A stretch of DNA of 64,000 nucleotides from Nitrospirales bacterium (GTDB lineage: Bacteria > Nitrospirota > Nitrospiria > Nitrospirales > UBA8639). The stretch's first letter is position 1. The number at the start of each line of letters is the position of its first letter. A program made the translations under genes and the position numbers. Shown piece after piece: positions 15,101 through 27,224 of this stretch. The DNA lies in NCBI GenBank assembly GCA_965203295.1, contig CBDBCZ010000017.1, positions 1,184,001 through 1,248,000 of the forward strand, given 5' to 3'. The notes beneath the pieces were generated by a model. That model did no database searches. It saw only the letters and a program-made list of their open reading frames with translations, and was not told the DNA's origin.

Positions 15101-15915
15101 AAGTGTAGTAATCACTGTAATCACTGCGGTACTCTATCCTTTTGCGTTGTTGCATGATTAATTGATAAATCCAGGTTGTAAGTTATCACCCTAGACCTAG
15201 TGCACATGCCTGCAAGGATTGTAGCCATGTCTATGATCACTGTTGTACTCTACCCCTTCTTCCACATGCATTGACATTGTTCGATGACTCTAACTTGATG
15301 AATCCAGAAAGTAAGTTATCACCCCACACCTTATGCATATGTCTCCACAAGTGTAGTAATCACTGTAATCACTGCGGTACTCTATCCTTTTGCATTGTTG
15401 CATGATTAATTGATGAATCCAGGTTGTAAGTTATCACCCTAGACCTAGTGCACATGCCTGCAAGGATTGTAGCCATCTCTATGATCACTGTTGTACTCTA
15501 CCCTTTCTTCCACATGCATTGACATTGTTCGATGACTCCAACTCGATGAATCCAGCAAGTAAGTTATCACCCCACACCTTATGCATATGCCTCCACAAGT
15601 GTAGTAATCACTGTAATCACTGCGGTACTCTATCCTTTTGCATTGTTGCATGCTTAATTGCTGAATCCAGGTTGTAAGTTATCACCTTAGACCTAGTGCG
15701 CATATGCCTGCAAGGATTGTTGCCATCACTATGATCACTGTTGTACTCTACCCTTTCTTCCACATGCATTGACATTGTTCGATGACTCCAACTCGATGAA
15801 TCCAGCAAGTAAGTTATCACCCCACACCTTATGCATGTGCCTCCACAAGTGTAGTAATCACTGTGGTACTCTATCCCACTCTACCCTTTTTTCCACTTGC
15901 ATTGATCCATCTTGA
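3130..15915. repeat. Satellite DNA array, ~248-bp unit made of two related subunits (~131 + ~117 bp), about 50 units
   Basis: Continuous tandem repetition; both subunits begin TTGATGAATCCAG.TTGTAAGTTATCACC; the many short Cys/His-rich ORFs are translations of the repeat. Confidence 0.98.
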
Positions 15916-15919
15916 TATA

Positions 15920-16555
15920 CAGTCAACTCTCCAAATAGCGGACACTTTGGTACGACAGCCTTTGTCCTTTACTTAGAGAGTGTCCTTTATTGGGGAGTTT
16001 TATAAAATTCATGCTTAAATGATGTTAAAATAACTTTAATATAAGCATTCAATGACTCAACAGTTCAAAATTGTAGTCTGTGTATAATTATCAGCACTAA
16101 TGCCAGCTAGATTAGACGCGTGCTTATACGGTCTCCAAATGACGCAGTTTCAACATCAGTGTATCAAAGCAGTACAGTATAGACTATAGAGCTAGTCGAG
16201 CGCGAGTCAGAGTGAGCCATGGCATCACAGCCACAAGAGAGAGAACTTTTGTGATTCAAGACTGTAGATTGACTGTACATACTTATTAATACATTGTACA
16301 TGCGATATGCATGCGCATATGCATTGATTGTTATTCCCCGCCCACTGTCCGTTAGCCAGGAAACGATTTAATTGTATTGTACTACAGCATGTACAGTGTT
16401 CAATCTGAAGTGTCCGCTGTCCAAAAACAAGAAAGTGTGTTAGTCAGGAGGTTTTTTTGTATAGTAATATAGGGAAATCAATCCGTGCATGGAGCTGTGT
16501 CCGCTATAACGTGTGAGTCCGCTATTCGGAGTGTCCGTTAAGAGAGAGTTGACTG
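15920..16555. mobile_element. Tc1/mariner-pogo type MITE
   Basis: TIR CAGTCAACTCTC..GAGAGTTGACTG with internal GCGGACAC/GTGTCCG; TA on both sides. Confidence 0.85.
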
Positions 16556-16936
16556 TATCAAGTCAGTCAGATATCACCTAGCTCCTTGTGCATGTAACTA
16601 AGCTGTCTAAAAAATGTTGGTTTGAGGTCCTCCGCCAACCCAATTTTTTGATGGCTTACCTGGGCTTACAGATGTATTTTAACTGTCTGTGCTTGCGCAA
16701 GCGTTAATTAATCAGTGAATGGTTAGTCACGTGCGTGGCCATGCTAGTGTTGTTTCATACTGATATGGCTTTGATTTAATGAGTGAATGAACAATGAACT
16801 ATAGGCCCTTTAGCCACGATTCAGCATTTATTCATGGCTACTAGTTGTGTACTCAGTACAGAAAGCTTGTCTGTGAGCCCCTCCCTTGTTTAGATAGCGC
16901 TAATGGAGGATTCAGCTGCTCATAATATTTTTCTCG

Positions 16937-17203
16937 CCAAAAACTGCTGAAGCCACTGCTCTTGCTAGGCCACTAAGGCTCTCTAAGAATTCCTCACTGT
17001 GTTTATGAAGGCCAGATGAAGGCTTTTTTGTACTTGCTCTGTGTATACAATAGGGGTCCAGAGCCGTAGCTTCCTACATGTATTTACTTGCCATTCTATA
17101 GATGATTGCTTCGAAAAGCCTTTGTCTGGCCCTCATGAATATAGTGAGGAATCCTAGAGAGCTGTAGTGGGCTAGCAACAGCAGTGGCTTCATCGATTTT
17201 TGC
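16937..17203. repeat. Imperfect inverted repeat with ~90-bp arms (foldback element)
   Basis: GAAGCCACTGCT.TTGCTAG..TTCCTCACT..GGCCAGA..AAGGCTTTT is mirrored by AAAAGCCTT..TCTGGCC..AGTGAGGA..CTAGCAA.AGCAGTGGCTTC. Confidence 0.75.
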
Positions 17204-17959
17204 TGAAGGGAGATTCTCGGTTGGCTAGTAGTCCATCTTGAGATATACAGTGCTCAGAATCTATTAAAAGAGTAGATTTTCTCTGCAGACAGTTTCTGTC
17301 AATTTTCCTTTAAAAAAATGAATGTAGAGACGTACGATAACTGTTCATAAGCCTAGCTGCTTCGTAAATAAGGCTGTGGACTGACAATAAAGTATTTTTT
17401 TGCCAAGTCTTCCATAGACTGCCGTAAGTTAGCGGCCATGTTTATTAGACGTCACGGATTTTTTGCGCGTCACAGAAATGCCGTAACCGTAGGGACTTTC
17501 CCCTACTAAACTCGATAATCGCGCGGTTTACACCAAGCTACAGTCTATTGCTCGTGAACAAATCCTTGAAATCGTCGGAACGCTCGATACTGCTACGGAC
17601 TTACTCTGTTACGCGAAGAGACCGCCACAGCAGCAGGGCCGACAACGAACGGGTAGCTGCTCTTGTGTTATACGCACGAGTGATGGGGCGGGGGAGAAAA
17701 ACTATCCACGGAAGATTGTTTGCGCTCATCCTGTGGTTCCCTCGGCAGCTGTACAGGCCTTCCGTATGCTAGTTTTGCGTCTCTCAAGCCGTAGTTTCAC
17801 TGGACACAAGTAGCGTGTCCATGTCGTTACTGTAGGCGTGGTTTGCGTAATCGTCATCATAGGTGTAAACCAATAGTGATGGTTACATAACAGGACAGCA
17901 CACAGAAATATATATATACGCTGCAAGCAGGCTGATACAAAGTCAAAACAACAACCAGA

Positions 17960-19651
17960 AAAAAAGGTGGAATAGAAAAAATAAACATGTAAGGAAGGTA
18001 AGTGCAATTATGAGGAGGGTGCCACCCTCGCGTCTGAGAGAGCGCCGTCCAAACCAAGGGAGAAAAACTGCCGTGCTCAACATCCCTCACACGCTGGTCG
18101 TATGATCTTTTCTCTTGCTCGTGACGTCTGCAGCACGCGGTCAATGAGTGGTTACGGTTGGAGTGTGCGAAGAGATTAAAGACCCGAACATCAAAAAATG
18201 CACATTGCCGATCACCAGCCCAAAAACCCTGTGACATGACATCTAGACGAGCACCATCCTCACGGTTGGCAGATCTGTCCTTAAGACTTTCACCAGAGAG
18301 TGGCTGTAAGAGAGGTTCAATGCCTACGTTGTGGCAGACTTCACTCATAAGGTGGGCAGTAATGTTCCTGATTTCATTATGGCGGATTGAAGTGAAGCCT
18401 CCACATGGACAACTCAAGGCATGATCAACACTGAATTGTTTACCACAGACGCAGTGTGCTGGAAGTAGCGGTGGTTGCCAGCCGTATCGAAGGCAGAGGG
18501 CATCGCGGAAGGCTCCCTTGTGAAGATCAAAGCCATGCTCAGAGATCGGTAGAGCCGTGAGCCAGCTAGAAGCTCCACACTCTTTCGATGACTCGACTGC
18601 CCTTTGAAGGGAGCTGGGAAGTCTGGTAGACTGGTACACAGGTCTGTGGCTAGGGTAGATTGTGCTTGGCGGCGATCTTTGTGGGCAACAGCTTTGGCTT
18701 GATTTTGAATTACCGTGACTTCCGCTGGGATGACTGTAGATTGTTGGAGTATGAGGTCGACAAGAGGTGTGGTCACCGTGATGGAGGTGCGATGCTGAGA
18801 GGGGGCTTGATCAACTGGGTTACTAATTCCCAAACCACCTAAACGAGCTGGCAATGCCATGAGCTCTTTCTCAGTGTCATTGAAGGGATTCTGGCCAGTG
18901 AATTTTGGGAGGAAGTGCAGACGAATTGCATCTTCTAGAGGTTGAAGGAGATTTCCAATGTCAGGGATGGTGCGGGAGAGATAGGACCATTTGCTTGTCA
19001 GCCCATGTGGCAACTTTCTCGCAGACGTACGTCTTCACGAAGGAGTCACTCCCGAGTGCTTCACCAATTAAGATGTCGCTTTCCATCTTTTGCGATAGAG
19101 ACTCCAGTCCCCTCAAAGAGGGAGGCTGCTAAGGGTAGCTTCTCCTCTTTGACAATGAGGCATGTCTTGGAGGCATTGGGATAATATCCATAGTCAGGAC
19201 CAATTTCAGAAAGATGATCCCACCACTGTCGTAGATGACGGAGGCCTCCACCTGCGGTAGCGTCGTCTGCATACCAGACTTGTTTGATGGCGTCATTAGA
19301 GAGCCTGTGGATGAGGGGGGCGGTACTTATGGCATACATTGCCATCGCAAGGGGGTCACCCTGAGTGGTTCCTTCACGAGAGAGGATAGTTTCGCCATCG
19401 ATGAATAGTTCTATGTCCGAACGGTAGGTGTTGATGATGACTTTGGCAAGGGGGGGGGGGCACAGATGTTGGATGTTTCTGAGGGCAGTTTGGCGATTGA
19501 GTGAGTTGAAGGCATTGGATGCGTCAATGAGGATCATAGCATCAGTGTCTGGAGAACAGAAAACGTGGCGCATAGCATGTACAGCTGCTTCGCAGCCACC
19601 CTCATGATCAGCACAGAGTTGGATCGGTCCAGCTGCTGTTTGAACATCATA
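17960..19651 (-). mobile_element. 5'-truncated, frameshifted non-LTR retrotransposon with RT and restriction-like endonuclease (CRE-like clade)
   Basis: RT motifs GCEAAVH, DASNAFNSLNR, GTTQGDPLAM, WYADD; LPARLGGLG; C-terminal CxC..H..C knuckle, RHN, RLD..FFDVRV..EQEK endonuclease; split over three frames. Confidence 0.9.
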
Positions 19652-20989
19652 GGTCGTGTGATGAGTGAAAAACGTCAAAATACGCAATCAAAATGGCGAA
19701 AAATGCCTGCGCAGACGATTTTTTTTCTGACTGAACAGTAAAACTCAGGAATTGTTTGAATAGTGGTACATTTATATCAACTCTTTAATAGTTTTGTAAA
19801 AAAAATTGAGAGTGCTCGGACAATAAATTCAAAAGTTACTACCTTAACCGATAACCCACTCAAAACATGAACTTTGGTCATTATCTCTGCATGGTGTTGA
19901 TTGATTGAGGAAAACATTTCTAACATTCAAAGATACCTTGGCCTGACTACTTGTTATATTCAAGGTTTAAACTTTCTCGGAACAAAGATGTAGATTTAAG
20001 CACCTTAACCGATTTTCCAAGTCAGGTGTCTTGCAGAAGCCATAGAACCCTTAGGTTATTACTAATTCAATTAACACCTTTCCCAACTTGTAGCAGATGT
20101 ATGTAGGTATATGCATACCACTTTTGAGAACCTAACATAAAACTATGTAGGGTGTAATACATTTAAAGCAATTTTTATCAAAAATCTACTCTTTAGATTC
20201 TGAGCACTACATATCCTTGTTCCGTGTAACTGCACAACTATTACAGAGTTTTCACGTGTCGTCACAGATCACGTGCTCTTGCAGTATGTCCGTGTCACGT
20301 TCTGTTTATGCCCGTTCTTGCCCACCATGCGTGGGCGACTAGATTGGCACGTTATACAGCGTAACAGCGATCTCAGAAACAAGAGCTGCTGGGAACTTAC
20401 GCGTTCGGTATCTCAACTATCGCTGTAATTTAGTTTTCAGGCGGGACAGATCGAATGAATCTGCCGCCTAGACTACGAGTACGAGAGTAACTTCCGGTCT
20501 CTATGCGTATGGCCATGTACGTTTGCTGGCCACCAAAATGGCGCCCTGGCAACAGTTGCTACATGCACGTGACGTAAGATGATGTCAATGAAAACTCTAT
20601 TCCTTTCATCAAACTGCCAGTGATTTTTGATGAGAAAAATTATTGTCAGCAGCTGAAACCTTTTATCTAAACAAGGGAGGGGCTCACAGACAAGTTTTCT
20701 GTACTGAGTACACAATTAGTAGCCATGAATAAATGCTAAAAAGGTTGTGGCTAGCTATAGGGCCTATAGTTGCAATAATATTCACTGTTTGTTCATTACT
20801 TATCAAATTAAAGCCATACAAGTATCCCATAACCCTAATAGTACTGGTACTGGCCCGCGAGATCGAGTCAGTGTAGTCTATTATGGTGTTTCTTGTGTGA
20901 TTGTGGTTCGTGGGAAGGTGGTAGTGCCAGATATCATCAAGGAGATGGTGGATGAGGGACTAAATTTTGCTGCCTTCTTGGTAACTTCA

Positions 20990-23065
20990 ACTGTGACAAG
21001 TATTTGTTGTTAGAAGTGTACCTGGCTGATGATTGTTGTGAAGAAAAATTCTATTCGAACGAAACCCCAGCATCCCCTAAAAGTTGCCTTCATGTTTGGA
21101 AAGACCTATGTAAACTTAGTTGTGAGTGACACAGATGGTGATGGTGGTACGGGGGGAGAATCAAGTCTTTTGGATGTTCTGATGTCAAGTGCAAGGCGAC
21201 AAACACATGCATCCAGGAAGAACAGCAAGCCACAACTACCAGAAAAGATCTAACCAGAAACAAAGAACTACAACCAGAAGGATGAACTATACAATATCGT
21301 ACTGGAAATGTTATGTAGCAAATCATTCCCCAATGCACAAGAGCTTGCAACATTAACGACACACATGCTGCAGCCCGGTTTTGATATTTGAGAGAGTTTG
21401 TATGTATTAGTTATATCACCCTCATGAGTGGTGTTGCTGATTTATAAGCCCGACACCCAAGGGCGCATAGCACCCGAGGGGGAGGGCTTATAAACTGCAA
21501 CAGCACGAGTGGAAGGGTGATATAACAGATTTATAGCCCGTTGCTAGGTGATTGCCTTTGAAGTTCACTCTTCACACCTGATATAGGCACTCTTCACACC
21601 TGATATAGGCACTCTTCACACCTGATATAGCTACTCTTCATACCGGATATAGCTGATTCAGCTCTTCTGGGGGTATGTTGCTGATTTATAGGGCCTCTAT
21701 AAACTTAGCAACCACCTAGCAACGGGCTATAATTGTAAGAAGCAGCACTACATTTTTCTCAGCATGGATGACAAACATTTTATTTCCGTTAATTGGAGAA
21801 CCAAATGCTGCTGTTGCATCACTTGGCAGGGACCGCCAAGTCCTAACTGCTGCAGGAACACAGGTAGTTCTTGATCATGATTTTACAAAGGCAAAGCTCA
21901 CACCATCAGTAGTTCTTGCCATAGATATTCCTGAATCTCACAGAATCATTTATCAAGGCGTTGATGTGAGAGATGTAATTTTCTCACCTTCATCTGCTCT
22001 CAAGCACTCACAGGAAATAATCAATATCCTTGATAAAACTCATCAAATTCAACTCGTTTTAGCACTTTACACTGATGGAGGACCAGACCACTGCCTTACA
22101 CTTCTTTCCGTTCAACGTGCATTGGTAGCCTTGTTTTGTCGTTTGAACCTTGACATGCTTGTAGCTACCCAAACGGCTCCAGGGCATATAGCTTCATTAA
22201 TCCGGTTGAAAGAATAATGTCCCTTCTGAACATTGCATTCTACGGTTTGGCACTTGAGCGCTCAAAACTTAGCGAGCAGTTTGAGAGTGTTTTCAGTAGA
22301 TGGAATTTCATGTCGGAGATCAGAAGCACAGCAGCCAACAACCCGAAGATGGATGAAAAATTCTGCAAAAGCCTAGCTGAACTGGTGTCAGATCGTTTCA
22401 GTCAACTACAGGTGCAACAAAGGTGAACAGTTTACTTCAGTGCAAGGTTCTACCGTCCCTGAAGAAATTACTGATCTTTCAAATCAGTCATGGATATCGA
22501 TCCGAATATTGAAATATCTGACACCACCCAGAAGGCCTTATCAAAATTTGAAGGGCTAAGGAGATTTTGAACACACATACCATCAGACATCACTATATAT
22601 ATATATTCCAAGTTAAGAAATGTGCAAACTGTGAACGTGAATTTGGCTGCAAGGCTGTTCTACCCCCAGATATGTTCTTAAAACTTGCTTGGGTTCCAGA
22701 TCCAGTCATTGTATCAATACAGATCGATATCTTCCTTTCCAGGATTTGTATAGGTAGATACAACCAAGGACAGGCCTGCTTTTAAAGAACCTGTGGAAGC
22801 TGATGTCAACCAAGGCCGGCCCCGTTCTACTGTTGTATGTTGTGTGTATTGTATGTATGTGATTTACTCAAGTTTCAGCTGCCGAGTGGGAGAATACGCC
22901 ATCTGCAAGGGATTTCAGAGGATTGCCTCCATGTGTGTAGCTCAACTCCCACTGACGTTGACTAGTAAAGAACCTCCTGTGGTCCGTGAAGGGATCAACT
23001 GCAACAGCCCCGTTGAATTTGCATACTACTTGTTCAAAGGAAAAACGGTAGCCATACCTCCTTAG
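20990..23065 (+). pseudogene. Decayed DDE transposase, Zator/TP36-like
   Basis: DHDFTKAKLTPSV, YTDGGPDH, LDMLVATQTAPGH motifs resemble Zator DHD(F/W)..KLxPSV and DGGPD..APG; many frameshifts; Cys-rich C-terminal pieces. Confidence 0.6.
21410..21732. mobile_element. Foldback repeat with internal 22-bp tandem; related partial copy in reverse at ~52315-52450
   Basis: TTATATCACCCT..AGGGTGATATAA hairpin, ATAGCCCGTTGCTAGGTG..CACCTAGCAACGGGCTAT, (CACTCTTCACACCTGATATAGG)x3. Confidence 0.7.
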
Positions 23066-23607
23066 TATCTGAAACTGTGATCGTTGATTGAGGATATCTT
23101 GATACCTTGATTGCTTAAAGGCAACAGCACTCAACCTCGTCATTTTATTGAGGTCACACAAGAAGTCAGCATCCAAGTGACATACACCTGGTTGCCTCCA
23201 TGGAAAATATTAAAATTCAGTCACAACCACGTATGTGATGTCATGTAACATTAGCAAGTATTCATAAAAAGAATCACCCGGATTTGCAAGTATGGGTCAT
23301 GGATAATACACACTGAGTGTGTATGAAAGATTTCTCCTACTAGCTGCAAAAGTAATTGTGGCTGGGATACCAGTTAGCTTTCAGTATCAGGTATAGTGGT
23401 AGCAATAGGAATAGTTCTTAGACTAGTGGCTCATCATCATCATTTTTTGTGTGTAGTATGGCAGCCACATCCTGCATATGTCTTAGTCTCGCGAGCCAGC
23501 CCGGTTTTTTTAGAAGGAAAATGATTAGTATTCGGCTGCATACAATCAGTGGTGAAGGTTTAATAGTTAACCCTCGGCGCGCATGCACCGGAGGGTTACG
23601 GTACTTG

Positions 23608-23771
<164 letters not shown>

Positions 23772-24282
23772 ACGACTATTTGCGATCTACGCTGAACTAA
23801 CGGGGAAAATAAAAGACACCATCGCGTCAAGCGTCAAAATAGCATCAAAAATAAAATACGATTTTTCTGGAAACTGTCTAGATCGAAAGTTACGGCGCCT
23901 TTAGTCGCTTCGCAGGATCCGCCATTTTATTGCGAGGCTCGTATACTCTTTGTTACACTTGCTTACGTCCGCGTATGCAAATCGGCCTCGTGTTCTCTGG
24001 CGCACGTTGACCTGCGGTTGTGTAAAAAAAAGTGATCAGCTACGTCTAACGAAGCTACTTTGGAGTGCATCCACTGCGTGTGGTTGGTGACAATGGAGTC
24101 TGGGAGTCGTAAGTGCCTCAGAAAGACTTGTCCTATGTGTGATGCAACAGTGCATGTGAAGCGAGCTATGTGTGGTTGTGGCCATGCTTTCACTTTGAAA
24201 AGAAAGGCACGATGCTGTGTGTGTAGTGAGCCTGAAAAGAAAAGGAAGACCGATAGAGTCCGAAAAGCGAGAGGAAGATCCA

Positions 24283-24765
24283 CTGAGACAGATCAACAGA
24301 CATTACAGAGACAAGAGCAGAATAGAACACGTATGGCTAGTGTGAGAGCCTCTGAAACTTGTGAGCAGACTTTACAGAGACAAGAGCAGAATAGAACACA
24401 TATATGGCTAGTGTGAGAGCCTCTGAAACATGTGAACAGACTTTACAGAGACAAGAGCGGAATAGAAAGTGCATGGCTATAGTGTGAGAGCCTCTGAAAC
24501 ATGTGAACAGACTTTGTAGAGACAAGAGCAGAATAGAACATGTATGGCTAGTGTGAGAGCCTCTGAAACATGTGAACAGACTTTACAGAGACAAGAGCAG
24601 AGCAGAATAGAACATGTATGGCTAGTGTGAGAGCCTCTGAAACATGTGAACAAACTTTGCAGAGACAAGAGCAGAATAGAACACGTATGGCTAGTGTGAG
24701 AGCCTCTGAAACATGTGAACAGACTTTGCAGAGACAAGAGCGGAATAGAAAGTGCATGGCTAGCA
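24283..24765 (+). repeat. 69-bp tandem repeat encoding 23-aa STPR-like units
   Basis: MASVRASETCEQTLQRQEQNRTR repeated ~7 times with indels; further copies at 25300-25420. Confidence 0.85.
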
Positions 24766-25109
24766 CGAGAGAGCGTAGTGTGACACTGGAAGCTGCACTT
24801 TCCACATTTCAGTCTGAAGTTAAACTTGGGCCTAATTTTGTGTGTACATGCTGTCACAGGATGATGTACAAGAAAAGTGTTGTTCTTTGCAATGCAAGGA
24901 TTGTCAGGACAAGGAGCCAGTGAAACGAAACTTAATATATTGATGTTATTAATTGTATGCACGACTTTTTTTAACTCTGCTCTTCGCTCCCTTCCTGTCT
25001 TGTTTCCTGGGAAAAGTAATAATAAGATAATAGATAATAACCCGCCCGCCCGCCTGGTCATATTCCTAGGCATGCAACGGGAAACTAACAATTAATTTGC
25101 AGTGGCCTT

Positions 25110-25302
25110 AGGAGATGGGGGGGATGGCCTAATGAGAGTAATTACAGTTGGAATTGGCTGAGTCCTACTGGCAAGTGCTACTAGCTGGTTTAGTGGCTAT
25201 ATAACGCTTGCCTACTGTTCCTTTGCCAAGAGGGCTCTGGTAGTTCATTGGTAGGAGTATATATCTGACTAGTATTCAGAAGGTCCTGGGTTCAATCCCT
25301 AG
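25110..25302 (+). repeat. Degraded copy of the tRNA-containing repeat found at 36022-36213
   Basis: GGAGATGGGGG..GGCCTAATGAGAGT..TCTGACTAGTATTCAGAAGGT.CTGGGTTCAATCCC shared with 36022-36213. Confidence 0.8.
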
Positions 25303-26320
25303 TGTGAGCGCCTCTGAAACTTGTGAGCAGACTTTACAGAGACAAGAACAGAATAGAGCACATATGGCTTGCACAAGGGCCTCTGAAACGTGAACAGACT
25401 TACAGACACAAAAGCAGAATTTTTGCACGTATTGCACCACACTTGGGGATATCAAAGCTAACATTTGTACCTCAAAAATATAGCGCTACGTGATGCCGTA
25501 TATGCCTGTATGCATACAAACACCGCAGCCATCTCCGCCGAGGGTTTGCGCTTTAGCGCCTTTCATTATGTTTGGCAATTGGTACTACATGTTTTTGCTG
25601 AACTTGTTTCTATGCCCCTGCAGCTCCATGTTGGACAGGCTGATCCAGCTTCATCACGGATTGAGACTGTTCTAGCTTCATCACAAATTGAGTCAGCACC
25701 CCACAGATTTGATGCAAGTAAGTCTGACCATCTCACAACTATAATTATGCACACTTTATTTTGTCTGGAGGGGAGCATAGGGATGAAGCTAAGTGGGGCA
25801 ACGCTGAGTTATATGTGCTACCAATCATGCGTACATGCATGTACCTCTATCCATAAGATTCAATAGGTGTGAAAATATAAACACCTTTACTCTCAGTCTC
25901 ACTATGGAACACTAGTGGCCTGTATCACTCACACAATTAGCATGTGTGATTGCAAATACATGTAGCTCCACCTACTTATACTGGCCAACCAGAAGTGAAA
26001 CTCAGTAATTTTGTAGTGTGCCTCCAGTTTGCAGCCATAATTTGCAAAAACAGACCTACAGTTGCATAATAACATATTTCTGCAATCTGAATACCGGTAC
26101 ACATGGAGACAAAAATGTACATTATGTAATTTCAGGAAAACACTTTGTGCCTGTTCTGCTGATAAAAAAGAGGAGTAGAGCACTGCAAAAAGAAAAATTG
26201 TTTTAACTGTATTGTTTACCTGTGTTGCAGATGTCTGAGTATGTGGGTAGGAGTTAGGACTCATTAGTTACTTCCTTATGAAGTTAACATTTCATTAACC
26301 GTGAAGTATTTTATTTGCAT

Positions 26321-27075
26321 AACAAGTCTGACATTACATGTCTAAAAAAACAGCCGGGAACCTTTCCCATACAATACACACACCTCAGCTCAGGCCAAGC
26401 TAACTGCAGCTGTAGAACAACATAACTACCGTATATAGCGCTTAAATTTCGCTGGTCTTTAATTTCACGAATTTTGTAAATTTAAAGCGATTCGCAAAAT
26501 TATTTCAACAAAAACTTTTCACTTCCGCATACCTACTATCTATTGTTTCGATATATACTTCAAGAGCGTGGATAGGCAGTATCCGGGGTCCAAGTTGCCA
26601 GATCCACAAGAAACGCTCTCCAAACAAGTGCCCACGTCTGCGTTTTTTTGCGGCAAACAGCGAAGTCGCTGTACTTCAGCCAACTGCCGGCGCGAAGATC
26701 GACGTCGGGGAAGCATAGCCGAAAATGAGCGCGAAAAAGGCCAAAATTGGAAAGCGAGCAGCAGAGCATGGAGCGCTAGCTACTAAGCTTCCTGTAAATC
26801 TGTGCGCAGTAAGCTATAAGTTAACTCAGGTACGCTCCGCCCATTATTCATTAGTACGTGGGTGTGGCGGAACGAATTCGCGAAATTATTTCAACGAAAC
26901 GTTCAAAAACGGCTATTCGCGAATTTTTAGACTCACGAAATTTAAGCGCTATACGGTATAAGCAATCGAACGCAGCACAGCGAAAGTGCTGACTCGACAG
27001 TTTCGTTGTGCGCTTCCAGTTGGTAGCTATACATCACGAAAACAGGATTTAAAGCTGCCCACCAAGTTTTCGTGA
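26321..27075 (+). promoter_or_regulatory. Conserved non-coding module upstream of the ZU5-Death gene (split by a MITE), paralogous to 53890-54122
   Basis: 26321-26427 and 26960-27075 align colinearly with the reverse complement of 53890-54122; regulatory role is inferred. Confidence 0.5.
26429..26956. mobile_element. TA-target MITE
   Basis: TIR CCGTA(TA)TAGCGCTTAAATTTCG..CGAAATTTAAGCGCTATACGG, TA on both sides; related pieces at 31540-31620 and 35389-35577. Confidence 0.85.
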
Positions 27076-27224
27076 TAAGTGTGGAAAAAAGGACCATCCG
27101 GACCAGCCGTTCGCGTGCTGCACGCTAGATTGGGAATAAAGCTTGATTTATGTGAGCATTGCTGATAGCTAACCGGTGTGTGAACATTTATATTTTGTAT
27201 AATATGTACATCTCTTTTATATAG

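Noticed and set aside
1003..15820. Dozens of 60-96-aa Cys/His-rich ORFs
   Set aside because: They are translations of the satellite unit; stops and indels vary freely among copies
3130..15915. CRISPR array or hammerhead-containing satellite (TGATGA motif)
   Set aside because: There are no unique spacers, and CTGATGA and GAAA do not co-occur with pairing stems in the units
17492..17501. Perfect NF-kB site GGGACTTTCC
   Set aside because: A single 10-mer in TE-rich sequence with no adjacent host gene; compatible with chance
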